In this document: piece by piece, positions 11,403 to 20,527 of the stretch
Position numbering within the stretch: the stretch's first letter is position 1
Layout: every line of letters begins with the position of its first letter
Source: Chthonomonadales bacterium
Lineage (GTDB): Bacteria; Armatimonadota; Chthonomonadetes; Chthonomonadales; CAJBBX01
Assembly: GCA_037443035.1 (NCBI GenBank)
Contig: JBBIPC010000017.1
Location: forward strand, 1 to 64,000
Length of the DNA stretch: 64,000 nucleotides
Reading direction: 5' to 3'
The notes under the pieces: model-generated
Database searches by the model: none
Told to the model about the DNA's origin: nothing
What the model saw: only the letters and a program-made list of their open reading frames with translations
Translations under genes and position numbers: made by a program

Positions 11403-12356
11403 GTGCGAGTTCTCATAGCAACGGAGCTTGACAGCGACCATCTCGACTGCTTGCGAGCTTCGTTCCCGGAAGTGGACATGAGGGTTGCGGGGAGGCATGA
11501 GGCAGCAGATGACCCAACCTTCTCTCCCGAAATCCTCTTCTGCGGCCGACTGACCGCGGAGCTGCTGGATCGCTTGCCAGATCTCCGATGGGTTCAGGTG
11601 CGCTCAGCAGGGGTAGACCATCTGCCGCTAGCCGAGCTGGCTCGCCGCAACATCATCCTCACGAACGGAAGCGGTGCTCACGGGGTACCTGTTGCCGAGA
11701 CGGTCATTGCCATGATGACTGCGTTCGCCACGGGACTGCCCGCGCTCATTCGCGCGCAAGACAGGAAGGAATGGGTTCGGCCGGCGGTGGCGCCGTGTCG
11801 GTTCGAGCTGGAGAACCAGACGCTTCTCGTTGTGGGGCTGGGTGATCTTGGTAGCGCTCTTGTAAGGAAGGCGCGCGGGCTGGGTATGCGCGTCGTGGGG
11901 TGTGACAGGCAGGAGGTCGCCGGAATCGCCGGCCTGACGAGGTTCGTCATGGTCAACGAGCTCGACAACTCACTGCCATTGGCGGACCACGTTGCTCTGT
12001 GCCTGCCTCTCACGCGGCATACGGCGGGCATCATGAACGAACACCGCATTCGCCTCATGAAGAAGGGGGCGTACCTCTACAACGTCGGACGCGGTGGCCT
12101 CGTGGACCAGCAGGCACTCATCGAATCGCTCCAGCGGGGTGATCTGGCAGGTGCCGGTCTCGACGTCACAGATCCCGAGCCGCTGCCGCCTGACTCGCCG
12201 CTGTGGTCCATGCCCAACGTGCTTCTGACACAGCACGTCGGCGGCGCCAGCCCCCACAACAGCAGGCGCGTGGCGGATCTCTTCAGTGAGAACCTTCACA
12301 GATACATGAACGGGTATCCTCTCCTCAACGTCGTAGATCTCGAGCTCGGATACTAG
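11403..12356 (+). CDS. D-2-hydroxyacid dehydrogenase family protein
   Basis: SAGVD, GLGDLG, NVGRG, LDVTDPEPL and TQHVGG. Confidence 0.92.
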   Translation: MRVLIATELDSDHLDCLRASFPEVDMRVAGRHEAADDPTFSPEILFCGRLTAELLDRLPDLRWVQVRSAGVDHLPLAELARRNIILTNGSGAHGVPVAETVIAMMTAFATGLPALIRAQDRKEWVRPAVAPCRFELENQTLLVVGLGDLGSALVRKARGLGMRVVGCDRQEVAGIAGLTRFVMVNELDNSLPLADHVALCLPLTRHTAGIMNEHRIRLMKKGAYLYNVGRGGLVDQQALIESLQRGDLAGAGLDVTDPEPLPPDSPLWSMPNVLLTQHVGGASPHNSRRVADLFSENLHRYMNGYPLLNVVDLELGY

Positions 12357-12418
12357 CGGTATCTGCTAGCGCGATATCGAACGAACGACGCAGTATTCTC
12401 CCCGAGAGGAAGACCACG

Positions 12419-13477
12419 TTGGACAGAAAGTACTTTCTCGACCTTGCCGCAAGGGGGGCACGGTTTCCCATAGGTGCCGATCTGGTCCTGCGGGAGCACT
12501 CCGACCATGCCGAGATCCTGCTGAATGGGAACGAGCTGGGCGCAGTAGTTGCTGAGGCTGCCAGGCGATACGATACGCCGTTGGCGATCCCGCTCATGGA
12601 CCTGTCCGTGGAGAAGTCCCAGTTGCTCGCGGCGCTGGGAGTGCCGGAAGCCGAGCGGGACACCTACCATCTGCCGCGACCGCTGAGTGCCGATGACTTG
12701 GAGCAGATTGCGCGCTACTCTAGAGCGACGGCAGTGCCGCGGCTGCAAGCCAACATAGACGCGGTCCGGTATGTTGCCGACACCACGGATCTCGTCCCGT
12801 GCGCCATGGCGATAGGTCCTTTCTCGCTCATGACCAAGCTGCTGGAAGATCCGATCACACCTGCGTATATGGCGGGAACCGGCCTGACCGGAGCCGACGA
12901 TGACGGAGTGCTCCTGATGGAGACAGCTCTGGAAGCTGCAACCAGGGTTATCCTCGCGTCCATCGAAGCACAGGCTGACGCTGGCGCCAGACTGTGTGTC
13001 ATTGCCGAGCCCGCTGCAAACCTGGTCTATCTTTCGCCGAAGCAGCTAGCGCGTGGCGCCAACGTGTTCGACCGGCTGGTCATGGTCTACAACCGCCGGG
13101 TCGCCGACCTGCTGGAACGGCGCGGCCTCGATCTCTTCTTCCACTGCTGCGGAGAGTTGACAGACCAGATGGTGAGCGGTTTTGCTTCGCTGAACCCGGC
13201 TGTGCTCAGTCTGGGCAGTAGCCGCAAGCTCTGGGAAGATGCGCAGCTCGTTCCCAAGACGACGGTGCTCTATGGAAACCTGCCGACGAAGCGCTTCTTC
13301 TCCGATGAGATCAGCGAAGAGGACGTCATCGCACTGTCGCGTCACATCGTCAGTTCCATGCGCGACGCAGGACATCCGCACATTCTTGGGTCGGAGTGCG
13401 ATGTGCTGAGCGTAGAGGGGCGCGAGGACGTCATACGCTCAAAGGTTCGGGCCTTTCTCACCTGCGATCTGCACTGA
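12419..13477 (+). CDS. Uroporphyrinogen decarboxylase/MtaA-CmuA methyltransferase family protein
   Basis: GPFSL, HCCG, LYGNLP and LGSECDV (H-x-C...C Zn ligands). Confidence 0.8.
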   Translation: MDRKYFLDLAARGARFPIGADLVLREHSDHAEILLNGNELGAVVAEAARRYDTPLAIPLMDLSVEKSQLLAALGVPEAERDTYHLPRPLSADDLEQIARYSRATAVPRLQANIDAVRYVADTTDLVPCAMAIGPFSLMTKLLEDPITPAYMAGTGLTGADDDGVLLMETALEAATRVILASIEAQADAGARLCVIAEPAANLVYLSPKQLARGANVFDRLVMVYNRRVADLLERRGLDLFFHCCGELTDQMVSGFASLNPAVLSLGSSRKLWEDAQLVPKTTVLYGNLPTKRFFSDEISEEDVIALSRHIVSSMRDAGHPHILGSECDVLSVEGREDVIRSKVRAFLTCDLH

Positions 13478-15358
13478 CTTTGCGGCAGTCCACTCGATCA
13501 CTGTCAATGAGAGGGGGCGGAAGTCCAGGGCTAGCCCATCATCTCTTGTCCTCACGGATCGTGACTTCGGGCTGATCCGCCGTGGGAAGTCGAAGGAGTT
13601 GGCGACATCGGGTTCGCCGGCATTCTGGGAATCGGCGAGGATGGTCAGGCGTACATGGCCATGCTTCACCCCCAGCGAGCGCATATCGAAACGCGCGGGG
13701 ATCGGATCGAGCGTGTCATTCACGATGAACATAGCAACGCGTCCGGTGTCCGGATCCGCGGTGGCGCTAATGTCTAGCCTGCCGTCAGTCGGACCGCTTA
13801 CGGGTAACGGTATCGCGCCGGCCTTCGTCGCGTAGAGCTGCTGGGCATAGTAGGTCGGTGTCAGGTAGAGCTGACCGGGGCGCGTCTGGATGATGCCTGC
13901 GCAGAAGCTATTCACCAGGTTACTACGGTTGGCGATCTCGACGATATCTGCGTGGCGGTGTAGCAGGTTGTGATACCTGGAACAGGCCAGGGCATTCTCC
14001 AATGTCCATAGCATGGCGCGCGAAGGCCCCCAGTCGCCGGCGGTTGTGTTCCATTCGGTCACCGCGATCTTCATGCGAGACTCAGGGGCAAGGCGTGCGA
14101 TGGCGCTGCAGATGCCTGCGATACTGGCTTCCATGGCAGTGAGGTCGGCGCAGCCATAGTGGTGAGGACACAAGTATTCGACCAGCCCAGCACCCGTTCG
14201 GATCACTTCGTCGGTTGGATCGGATGAGAGCAGGTGGATCGTGGGATCGGCCTGTTTCATGGCCCGTGCGAAGTCCGCCATGTGCCGATCGTAATCCTCG
14301 TTCCTCACCTCGTTGCCTATCTGCCAGTACCGAATGCCGTACGGTTCCGGGTGGCCGTTCCGGGCCCGCAGCGCACCCATGGGAGTGCTCGTGGCGCCGT
14401 TGAAGTACTCGACCTGGGCAGCCGCCTCCTCCGGCGTGCTCCCAAGGAACCGCACGCATATCAGAGGCTCTGCACCGACAGCGCGGATGAACTGGACGAT
14501 TTCCTCTAGCCCTGCAGCGGCTGGCTGTAAACCACCCCACGAGCGAAAGGGAACGCGCTTCTCGACCGGGCCGATCGTCTTGCGCCAGTCGTAGTCGCCG
14601 TAGCTGGGGTAATCCACAACGCTTCCTCCGAAGCGAATGACGCCGGGCCTCAAGGCCCGGACTGCCTCCACGACGTCGCGCCGCCAGCCGCCGATGGCAT
14701 CTTCCGGCATGAGCGACAGGCAGTCCAGCCACAGGGTTCCAGGACCTCGAAAAGTGATCTGGAGTACCCCTCGATCCGTGGTGGTGACGGGAGCAAGCGT
14801 GAGGCCTTGCCTGGCCCATTCCGTTTCCACGTGTACAGTTCCCGCGGCAAGGATCCTCCCGTTGGCCGTTAGCTTGATGGCGACAGACCTAGACCTGTCG
14901 CTCTTGAAATAACCGGAGAATGTGCATTTCACACCGCGCCGTATGGCTATGCCTGCCTGGGCGATGCCGACGGTACACGGTGGACCTTCGGGTGCGTGGA
15001 TGCGCATGGACCGGCGTCCCTGAACCTGGTCGGTTTCGTCAGGCTCGCACACCGAACGGTTCACTGCGGCGCAGGGATACCAGGGGCGCATCCTCCAGTC
15101 CGTTTCTCTGAGGAAGACGAACGCGTTGGGCGTGATCCCCTCGAAGCTACCGTCATCCAACAAGTCGGCCCACATACCGGGCACGAGATCGCAGAGGTAC
15201 TCGATGAACTGCCCGTACTGTAGCGGGCTGATGCGGGGCGCGGTTGCGCTGGCAGGCGTGATCCTGTACTGAAGAGGCATCGGTGCTTCCGTGGACGCTG
15301 CTAGACCGGTCGCCAACAATAGGTAGCCAGCCATCACAGCAAAATGGATTCGTTGCAT
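13439..15358 (-). CDS. Secreted GH51 alpha-L-arabinofuranosidase-like protein
   Basis: Signal peptide; YGQFIE, RFGG, WQIGNE and VTEWN; 3' end overlaps the convergent gene. Confidence 0.88.
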   Translation of the reverse strand: MQRIHFAVMAGYLLLATGLAASTEAPMPLQYRITPASATAPRISPLQYGQFIEYLCDLVPGMWADLLDDGSFEGITPNAFVFLRETDWRMRPWYPCAAVNRSVCEPDETDQVQGRRSMRIHAPEGPPCTVGIAQAGIAIRRGVKCTFSGYFKSDRSRSVAIKLTANGRILAAGTVHVETEWARQGLTLAPVTTTDRGVLQITFRGPGTLWLDCLSLMPEDAIGGWRRDVVEAVRALRPGVIRFGGSVVDYPSYGDYDWRKTIGPVEKRVPFRSWGGLQPAAAGLEEIVQFIRAVGAEPLICVRFLGSTPEEAAAQVEYFNGATSTPMGALRARNGHPEPYGIRYWQIGNEVRNEDYDRHMADFARAMKQADPTIHLLSSDPTDEVIRTGAGLVEYLCPHHYGCADLTAMEASIAGICSAIARLAPESRMKIAVTEWNTTAGDWGPSRAMLWTLENALACSRYHNLLHRHADIVEIANRSNLVNSFCAGIIQTRPGQLYLTPTYYAQQLYATKAGAIPLPVSGPTDGRLDISATADPDTGRVAMFIVNDTLDPIPARFDMRSLGVKHGHVRLTILADSQNAGEPDVANSFDFPRRISPKSRSVRTRDDGLALDFRPLSLTVIEWTAAKSVQIAGEKGPNL

Positions 15359-15463
15359 GGCATACACTTCGCCGTGGGTGCCATTCCTACCTGTCAGTTC
15401 CGAGAGGACAGCGACGAACAGTGTCGAAACGTGGATGGAGAACACGTGCAAGGACTGCATCCA

Positions 15464-17899
15464 ATGGACAAGAAGAGAACACTTCATGCAATCGGCAACG
15501 CCCACATCGATCCCGTCTGGTTGTGGAGATGGCCCGAAGGACTGGAGACCATACGCGCCACCTTCAGGTCGGCACTCGATCGGATGAAGGAGTACGGCGA
15601 CTTCGTCTTCACTTGCAGTTCTTCGGCCTTCTACTCCATGCTAGATGCCGTCGAGCCGGAGATGGTAGACGAGATACGAATCCGAGTGCAGGAGGGTCGC
15701 TGGGAACTGGTGGGAGGATGGTGGGTAGAGCCTGATGTGAACGTACCTTGCGGCGAGTCCCTAGTGCGACAAGGGCTCTACGGTCAGCGCTACCTCCAGG
15801 ACAGGTTCGGAAAGCGAGCCAGGATCGGCTACAACCCAGACACGTTCGGGCATCCGTCTACGCTTCCGCAGATCCTCCGGTCCCTGGGGCTAACGCGCTA
15901 CGTCTTCATGCGTCCCGGCACCCACGAGAAGGAGCTACCAGGCCACATTTTCCGCTGGATGGCACCGGACGGAAGCGAGGTGCTTACCTTGCGGATAGCA
16001 CGCTCGTATGCAACGTGGCCTGAGGATATCGGGGAGCATGTTCGGGCATGTGCCGCCGAGGCTCCAGCCTACGTTCGGGACTATGCCGTGTTCTATGGCG
16101 TCGGCAACCACGGAGGCGGTCCGACGAAGACGAATATCGAGTCCCTGCACGCAACGGGTGAGGTGGAACCCGGCTTCGGCGTGAAGCTGAGTAGCCTGGC
16201 TGAGTTTTTCGCGCGGGTCGAGGAGGAGATGCAAGCAGGTGCGAGCGTCCCCGTCGTGTGCGATGAGTTGCAGCATCACGCCAGAGGGTGCTACTCGGCA
16301 CACAGCGGCGTCAAAGAGGGGAACAGCCGCACCGAGCGATTGTTGATGATGGCAGAACGGATGGCGGTCATGGCGAAATTCACGTGCGGCCTTCCCGCAC
16401 CTTCAGAGGAGCTGGCTGAGGCTTGGCAGGCCCTTCTCTTCTCGCAGTTTCACGACATCCTGGCGGGAACGAGCCTGCCTGAGGCCTATGAGGACGCTCG
16501 TGACGCTCATGGTTTCGCGTCCCACATCGCGAGCCGTGCACTGCACGCCGCGTTGCAGAAGCTTGCCGGCCAGGCCGATACGCGTGGTGACGGGGAGGCC
16601 ATCCTTCTTTTCAACACGCTGCCGTGGGCTGTACGGATGCCTGTAGAGATCGAGCGCGGTCCAGCCGGAGTGCGAGCCTCCGACGGTCAGGCAGTGGCGA
16701 CCCAGGTTGTACAGTCCTCTGTTACCACGAAGCAGCGACGCACGTGCGTCGTGGCCGAACTGCCGCCCATGGGTTTTCGAGTCTTCTATGGAACCGCGCA
16801 GGCAGATCCTCCCTCGGAACCGGCCGGCGAGCTGTCGGCTGCAGACGGGGTGCTGCAGAACGCATGGCACAACCTCAAACTGAGTTCGACAACAGGGTTG
16901 CCTGACGAGCTGTACGACCGAAGGAGCAGTGCTCAGCTCTTGCGGCAGCCAGGGATGCGGCTGGCCGTCATGCACGATCCCAGCGACACCTGGAGCCACG
17001 GCGTTCCTGCGTTTCGGGATGAGGTAGGCGAGTTCCGCATGTCCGGTGGCCCCGTCATCGAAGAGTCCGGTCCGGTCCGCGTCAGCCTGCGGACCCACAT
17101 GGTGTTCGGCGACAGCGCAGCGATCCATCGGCTTCGGCTGTATCGAGATCTCCCTGTGATTGACGGCAAGCTCTCGATCACGTGGCTGGAGCGGCAGAAA
17201 GCTCTGAAACTCTGCATACCCACATCCATCTGTGACGCCGAGGTGGCGTACGAAGTGCCGTATGGTTCTATCACGAGACCCCAGGACGGTGAGGAACACC
17301 CCGGACAGCACTGGGCCGACATGTCAGGTGGTGTGCAAGCAGCAGGCTCGGTGGTGCCGTGCGGACTGGCGCTGCTGACAGAATCCCAGTACGGCTACGA
17401 TGCCATGGACGGCGAACTGCGCGTGACGCTCCTGCGCAGCCCGGTCTATGCCCACCATGACCCGACGCAACTCGAGGCCGGGGTTGCCTACCGCTACATG
17501 GATCAGGGGGAGCACGTCATCCGCTACAGGCTTGTGCCGCACCTCGGCACGTGGCGAGACGCCGATATCCCACGACGCGCCGCTGAGTTCTTGACACCAG
17601 CTCTGTGGGTAAAGGAGTACGCCCACTCTGGTCCTCTGGGAGCGGAGTTCTCGTTCCTCGAGGTACTGCCGGCAAATGTCGTGGCCATGGTCTGCAAGAC
17701 GGCGGAGGATGGCGATGGCTTCGTGGTGCGTGCTGTCGAGACCCACGGCGAGCTCACCGAAGCAACATTCGCAGTGAAGCCACTGGGGATTCAGTGGACT
17801 GCAATGCTGACGCCTTACAAGATCGCTACCTTCCGTATCCGACCCGGCTTATCGCCCCAAGTGCGCGAAGTGAATGCCCTGGAGGAGCCGACCGCGTAG
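15464..17899 (+). CDS. GH38 alpha-mannosidase
   Basis: AHIDPVWLW, PDTFGH, YGVGNHGGGP and QFHDILAG. Confidence 0.93.
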   Translation: MDKKRTLHAIGNAHIDPVWLWRWPEGLETIRATFRSALDRMKEYGDFVFTCSSSAFYSMLDAVEPEMVDEIRIRVQEGRWELVGGWWVEPDVNVPCGESLVRQGLYGQRYLQDRFGKRARIGYNPDTFGHPSTLPQILRSLGLTRYVFMRPGTHEKELPGHIFRWMAPDGSEVLTLRIARSYATWPEDIGEHVRACAAEAPAYVRDYAVFYGVGNHGGGPTKTNIESLHATGEVEPGFGVKLSSLAEFFARVEEEMQAGASVPVVCDELQHHARGCYSAHSGVKEGNSRTERLLMMAERMAVMAKFTCGLPAPSEELAEAWQALLFSQFHDILAGTSLPEAYEDARDAHGFASHIASRALHAALQKLAGQADTRGDGEAILLFNTLPWAVRMPVEIERGPAGVRASDGQAVATQVVQSSVTTKQRRTCVVAELPPMGFRVFYGTAQADPPSEPAGELSAADGVLQNAWHNLKLSSTTGLPDELYDRRSSAQLLRQPGMRLAVMHDPSDTWSHGVPAFRDEVGEFRMSGGPVIEESGPVRVSLRTHMVFGDSAAIHRLRLYRDLPVIDGKLSITWLERQKALKLCIPTSICDAEVAYEVPYGSITRPQDGEEHPGQHWADMSGGVQAAGSVVPCGLALLTESQYGYDAMDGELRVTLLRSPVYAHHDPTQLEAGVAYRYMDQGEHVIRYRLVPHLGTWRDADIPRRAAEFLTPALWVKEYAHSGPLGAEFSFLEVLPANVVAMVCKTAEDGDGFVVRAVETHGELTEATFAVKPLGIQWTAMLTPYKIATFRIRPGLSPQVREVNALEEPTA

Positions 17900-17911
17900 A
17901 AAAGCGGCTGC

Positions 17912-17938
17912 TGTCACATCTGTCGCTGGACGGTGTCT
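17912..17938 (+). promoter_or_regulatory. Candidate ECF-type (autoregulatory) promoter
   Basis: TGTCACA-N16-GTCT, about 80 nt upstream of an ECF sigma gene. Confidence 0.45.
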
Positions 17939-18016
17939 TACCATGTAAGGACGGCTGACCGCGTCGAGGGTGCCGGATGTTGTGCGGGCAACATGGCCTC
18001 CTGAGGAGGTTGTCGG

Positions 18017-18616
18017 GTGGTCAATCTGCTCCGCGTTGCACGGTGGGGCGACCTAGCTTCCGACCGAGATCGGGACCTGAAAGAGCAGTTCGAGGAAATA
18101 CTCGATCTGCACTATCGGCACGTGTTCCGGCTAGCGTACCGCATGGTCCGGGACGTCAACGACGCAGCCGACCTGACCCAGGAGACCTTCCTCAGGATCT
18201 ATCGGGCACTCCCACACCTCCGGCACCAAGAAGCTTCGTCGGCGTGGGTTCGACGGATCACTGTGAACGTGTGCGTGGACTTCATCCGGCGGAGGAGGCG
18301 CAGTGCCGTTGTGGCCAGCCTGGACGCACAGCCTGGGGAGTCTGGTGCAGTCCTGGACGCTCACTTGCCGCACGATGCCACCGTGGATCCCTTTGCCGTC
18401 GCAGAACAGCGAGACCGGCAGCGCACCGTCCGTCGAGCCATTGACGAGCTACCGCAGACATACCGGACCGTGCTCCTCATGCACCACATTCACGAGATGC
18501 GCGTCGAGGACGTAGCCGAGGAACTGGGCGTCCCTGTGGGGACGGTGAAGTCGCGCCTCTCGCGCGCTCGCCGTGCCCTTGCGAAACGCCTCGCACCTCT
18601 GCTCTACTCCGGATAG
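18017..18616 (+). CDS. ECF RNA polymerase sigma factor
   Basis: Region 2 (DLTQETFLR...WVRRITVN) and region 4 (VAEELGVPVGTVKSRLSRAR). Confidence 0.93.
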   Translation: MVNLLRVARWGDLASDRDRDLKEQFEEILDLHYRHVFRLAYRMVRDVNDAADLTQETFLRIYRALPHLRHQEASSAWVRRITVNVCVDFIRRRRRSAVVASLDAQPGESGAVLDAHLPHDATVDPFAVAEQRDRQRTVRRAIDELPQTYRTVLLMHHIHEMRVEDVAEELGVPVGTVKSRLSRARRALAKRLAPLLYSG

Positions 18617-18850
18617 TCGCTGCCCTTGCCTGGAGCGCCCCGACGAGACGCTGGACCCAGGCGCACATTTCACGCACACATGGCGTCCTTAGGTCCCCGC
18701 GCTGACGACCAAGTCGAGTGGTGCAGTCCGTTCCCCGCCGCTGGCTCGACCCGGCCATGGAGGAATCCCGACACAGCCGGCCAAGGATGAGAGGACACTG
18801 CTAGACGCCGAAAGACAACACAGCACCCAAACGAGCGGATGAGGTAGCCA

Positions 18851-19052
18851 TTGGTGAGGCGCAAGAACAGCACTGGTAAGTCGAACTCGACCTCCGCCAC
18901 CGTCGGCTACGAGGCCGAGCTCTGGCAGATGGCCGACGCGCTGCGGGGATCCATGGATGCGGCCGAGTACAAGCATGTCGTCCTAGGGCTGATCTTCCTC
19001 AAGTACATCTCCGACGCCTTCGAAGAGCAGCACGCGAAGCTCGTCGCCGAGT
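18851..19052 (+). pseudogene. hsdM: Type I R-M methyltransferase subunit, 5' fragment only
   Basis: [44 protein letters not shown] is the HsdM N-terminal signature; similarity stops after about 67 codons. Confidence 0.85.
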
Positions 19053-19059
19053 GCGATAT

Positions 19060-19152
19060 GAGCGCCGACTCGCCGCGCTGCTGCCCAAGCTTATCTCTGG
19101 CCAGATCCGGGTCAAGGATGCGGAACGGATCCTGAAGGAGCGCGGGTTGTGA
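19060..19152 (+). pseudogene. hsdS: Type I R-M specificity subunit, 3' fragment only
   Basis: A frame not in the ORF track reads [34 protein letters not shown], matching the typical HsdS C-terminus (LLPKLxSG). Confidence 0.75.
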
Positions 19153-19422
19153 AATACGACCCTGGGCAGCGCCACCGCCGATCCATTCGTCTACATGGTT
19201 ACGATTACACCCAGGCGGGGGCGTGTTTCATCACCGTTTGCACGCACAACCGCGAATGCCTGTTCGGGGATGTGGTGGATGGGGAAATGCGATTGAACGA
19301 AATCGGCCTGATCGTCCAGGATGAATGGATGAAAACGGCCGTATTGCGTCCGTGCGTGGTGTTGGATGCATTCGTCGTGATGCCCAATCATGTTCACGGC
19401 ATCATCGTATTGACCGGTGATT

Positions 19423-19450
19423 GTAGGGGCACGTTGCAACGTGCCCCTAC
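19423..19450. repeat. Perfect 28-bp GTAG-type REP-like palindrome inside the transposase ORF
   Basis: GTAGGGGCACGTTG/CAACGTGCCCCTAC; half-copy CGTGCCCCTAC at 19458-19468. Confidence 0.9.
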
Positions 19451-19724
19451 CGACCACCGTGCCCCTACCGCCCATGGTACCCATACGATCGAACAATTCG
19501 GCAAACCCACATCGAATTCCATTCCGACGATCGTTCGTTTGTTCAAGTCCGCCGCGACCAAACGCATCAACGAATACCGCCGGACGCTCGGAGTACCTAT
19601 CTGGCAGAGGAACTACTACGAACACGTCATCCGCAGCGAAGAGTCGTTGAAACGCATCCGCGAATACATCGTCCATAACCCATCGCGATGGGCGATGGAT
19701 CAGGGGAATCCCGCCCGTGTCGTC

Positions 19725-19752
19725 GTCGCGGCGACCATCCGATCGCCCCAAC
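19725..19752. repeat. Degenerate 28-bp REP-like palindrome at the transposase 3' end
   Basis: GTCGCGGCGACC-ATCC-GATCGCCCCAAC differs at 4 positions from GTAGGGGCGACC-N4-GGTCGCCCCTAC. Confidence 0.55.
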
Positions 19753-19762
19753 AGGACGAACC

Positions 19763-19867
19763 ATGGTGTACTTGGGCGAATCGGAGGTCGAGAACGCTGC
19801 CCTCGCTTGGCTAGAAGCCATCGGCTGGACAATCAAGCACGGCCCTGACATAGCCGCAGACATGCCC
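19763..19867 (+). pseudogene. hsdR: Type I restriction endonuclease subunit R, 5' fragment only
   Basis: [35 protein letters not shown] resembles the HsdR N-terminus; it then runs into unrelated sequence. Confidence 0.75.
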
Positions 19868-20385
19868 CCGCGCGGGTACGCCCTCCGTGTAGCGTTCGAA
19901 GCGCTAGCGGGGAGGCGGAAGTCGCCGATCAGGGGGTCGGTGAAGGTGACGGGGGCGATGAGGCTCCCACGTTCGAGACGGAGGTCCTTCCGCACGTAGT
20001 CGAGGTTGGCGTAACGCTTGTTGCGCATCCAGGGGGCGGCCCAGTTGAATAGCCCCTCCCCGGACTCGACGGCGTAGACGTTCTCGGAGAACGTGAGCGC
20101 CAACGTCTCGAGGCTCAGACCCTGCGGTGCACCGGCATCGGCGGCGGCCTGGTATTCGCGGGCCAAATCTGCTTCGGGCACGTGCGAAGGCCGCTCGCGG
20201 CGGTTGGTCTGCATGCACTTGGGCCAGTGCCGCTCGTCGTAGGTTGTCCACCATCCCCAGACCTGCGCGTCACGGTTGTAGACGATGAGGTTGCGGCGAA
20301 CCGTGTTGTGGTGATTCCATACCCATTCCTCTGGCGCGCCTTCCTTGGCTCCGATGCGGAGCGTGCGGCGCATTCTGCTCGCTTC
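19868..20385 (-). pseudogene. Internal/C-terminal fragment of a probable right-handed beta-helix repeat protein
   Basis: HNTVRRNLIVYNRDAQVWGWW...FSENVY...[11 protein letters not shown]; no credible start; cut at YPRG by the hsdR junction. Confidence 0.5.
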
Positions 20386-20456
20386 AGCTTGGGCCGTCCA
20401 CACCGTTTGGGGCTGCGCTCTGCCGACCAGCGCGTCCACCGCGCGTCGCGACGCTC

Positions 20457-20512
20457 TTGACAAGTTGTCAATGCTATGCTATCATGTGTCATAATACTGC
20501 GCATATGTGACA
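20457..20512 (+). promoter_or_regulatory. sigma70 promoter with overlapping TGACA/TGTCA inverted repeats (candidate DeoR operator)
   Basis: TTGACA-N17-TATCAT with TGn; TTGACAA-G-TTGTCAA at 20457-20471; TGTCA-N16-TGACA at 20487-20512. Confidence 0.7.
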
Positions 20513-20527
20513 GGAATGAGGCTAGCC

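Larger units (their letters stand above)
19149..19814 (+). mobile_element. REP-associated tyrosine transposase-like (Y1/HUH, IS200/IS605 superfamily)
   Basis: RRSIRLxGYDY, FITVCT, HUH motif MPNHVHGII and WQRNYYEHVIR...YIVHNP. Confidence 0.9.

Noticed and set aside
18851..19135. 94-aa ORF as an intact small protein
   Set aside because: It is an hsdM stub reading out of frame through the hsdS remnant.
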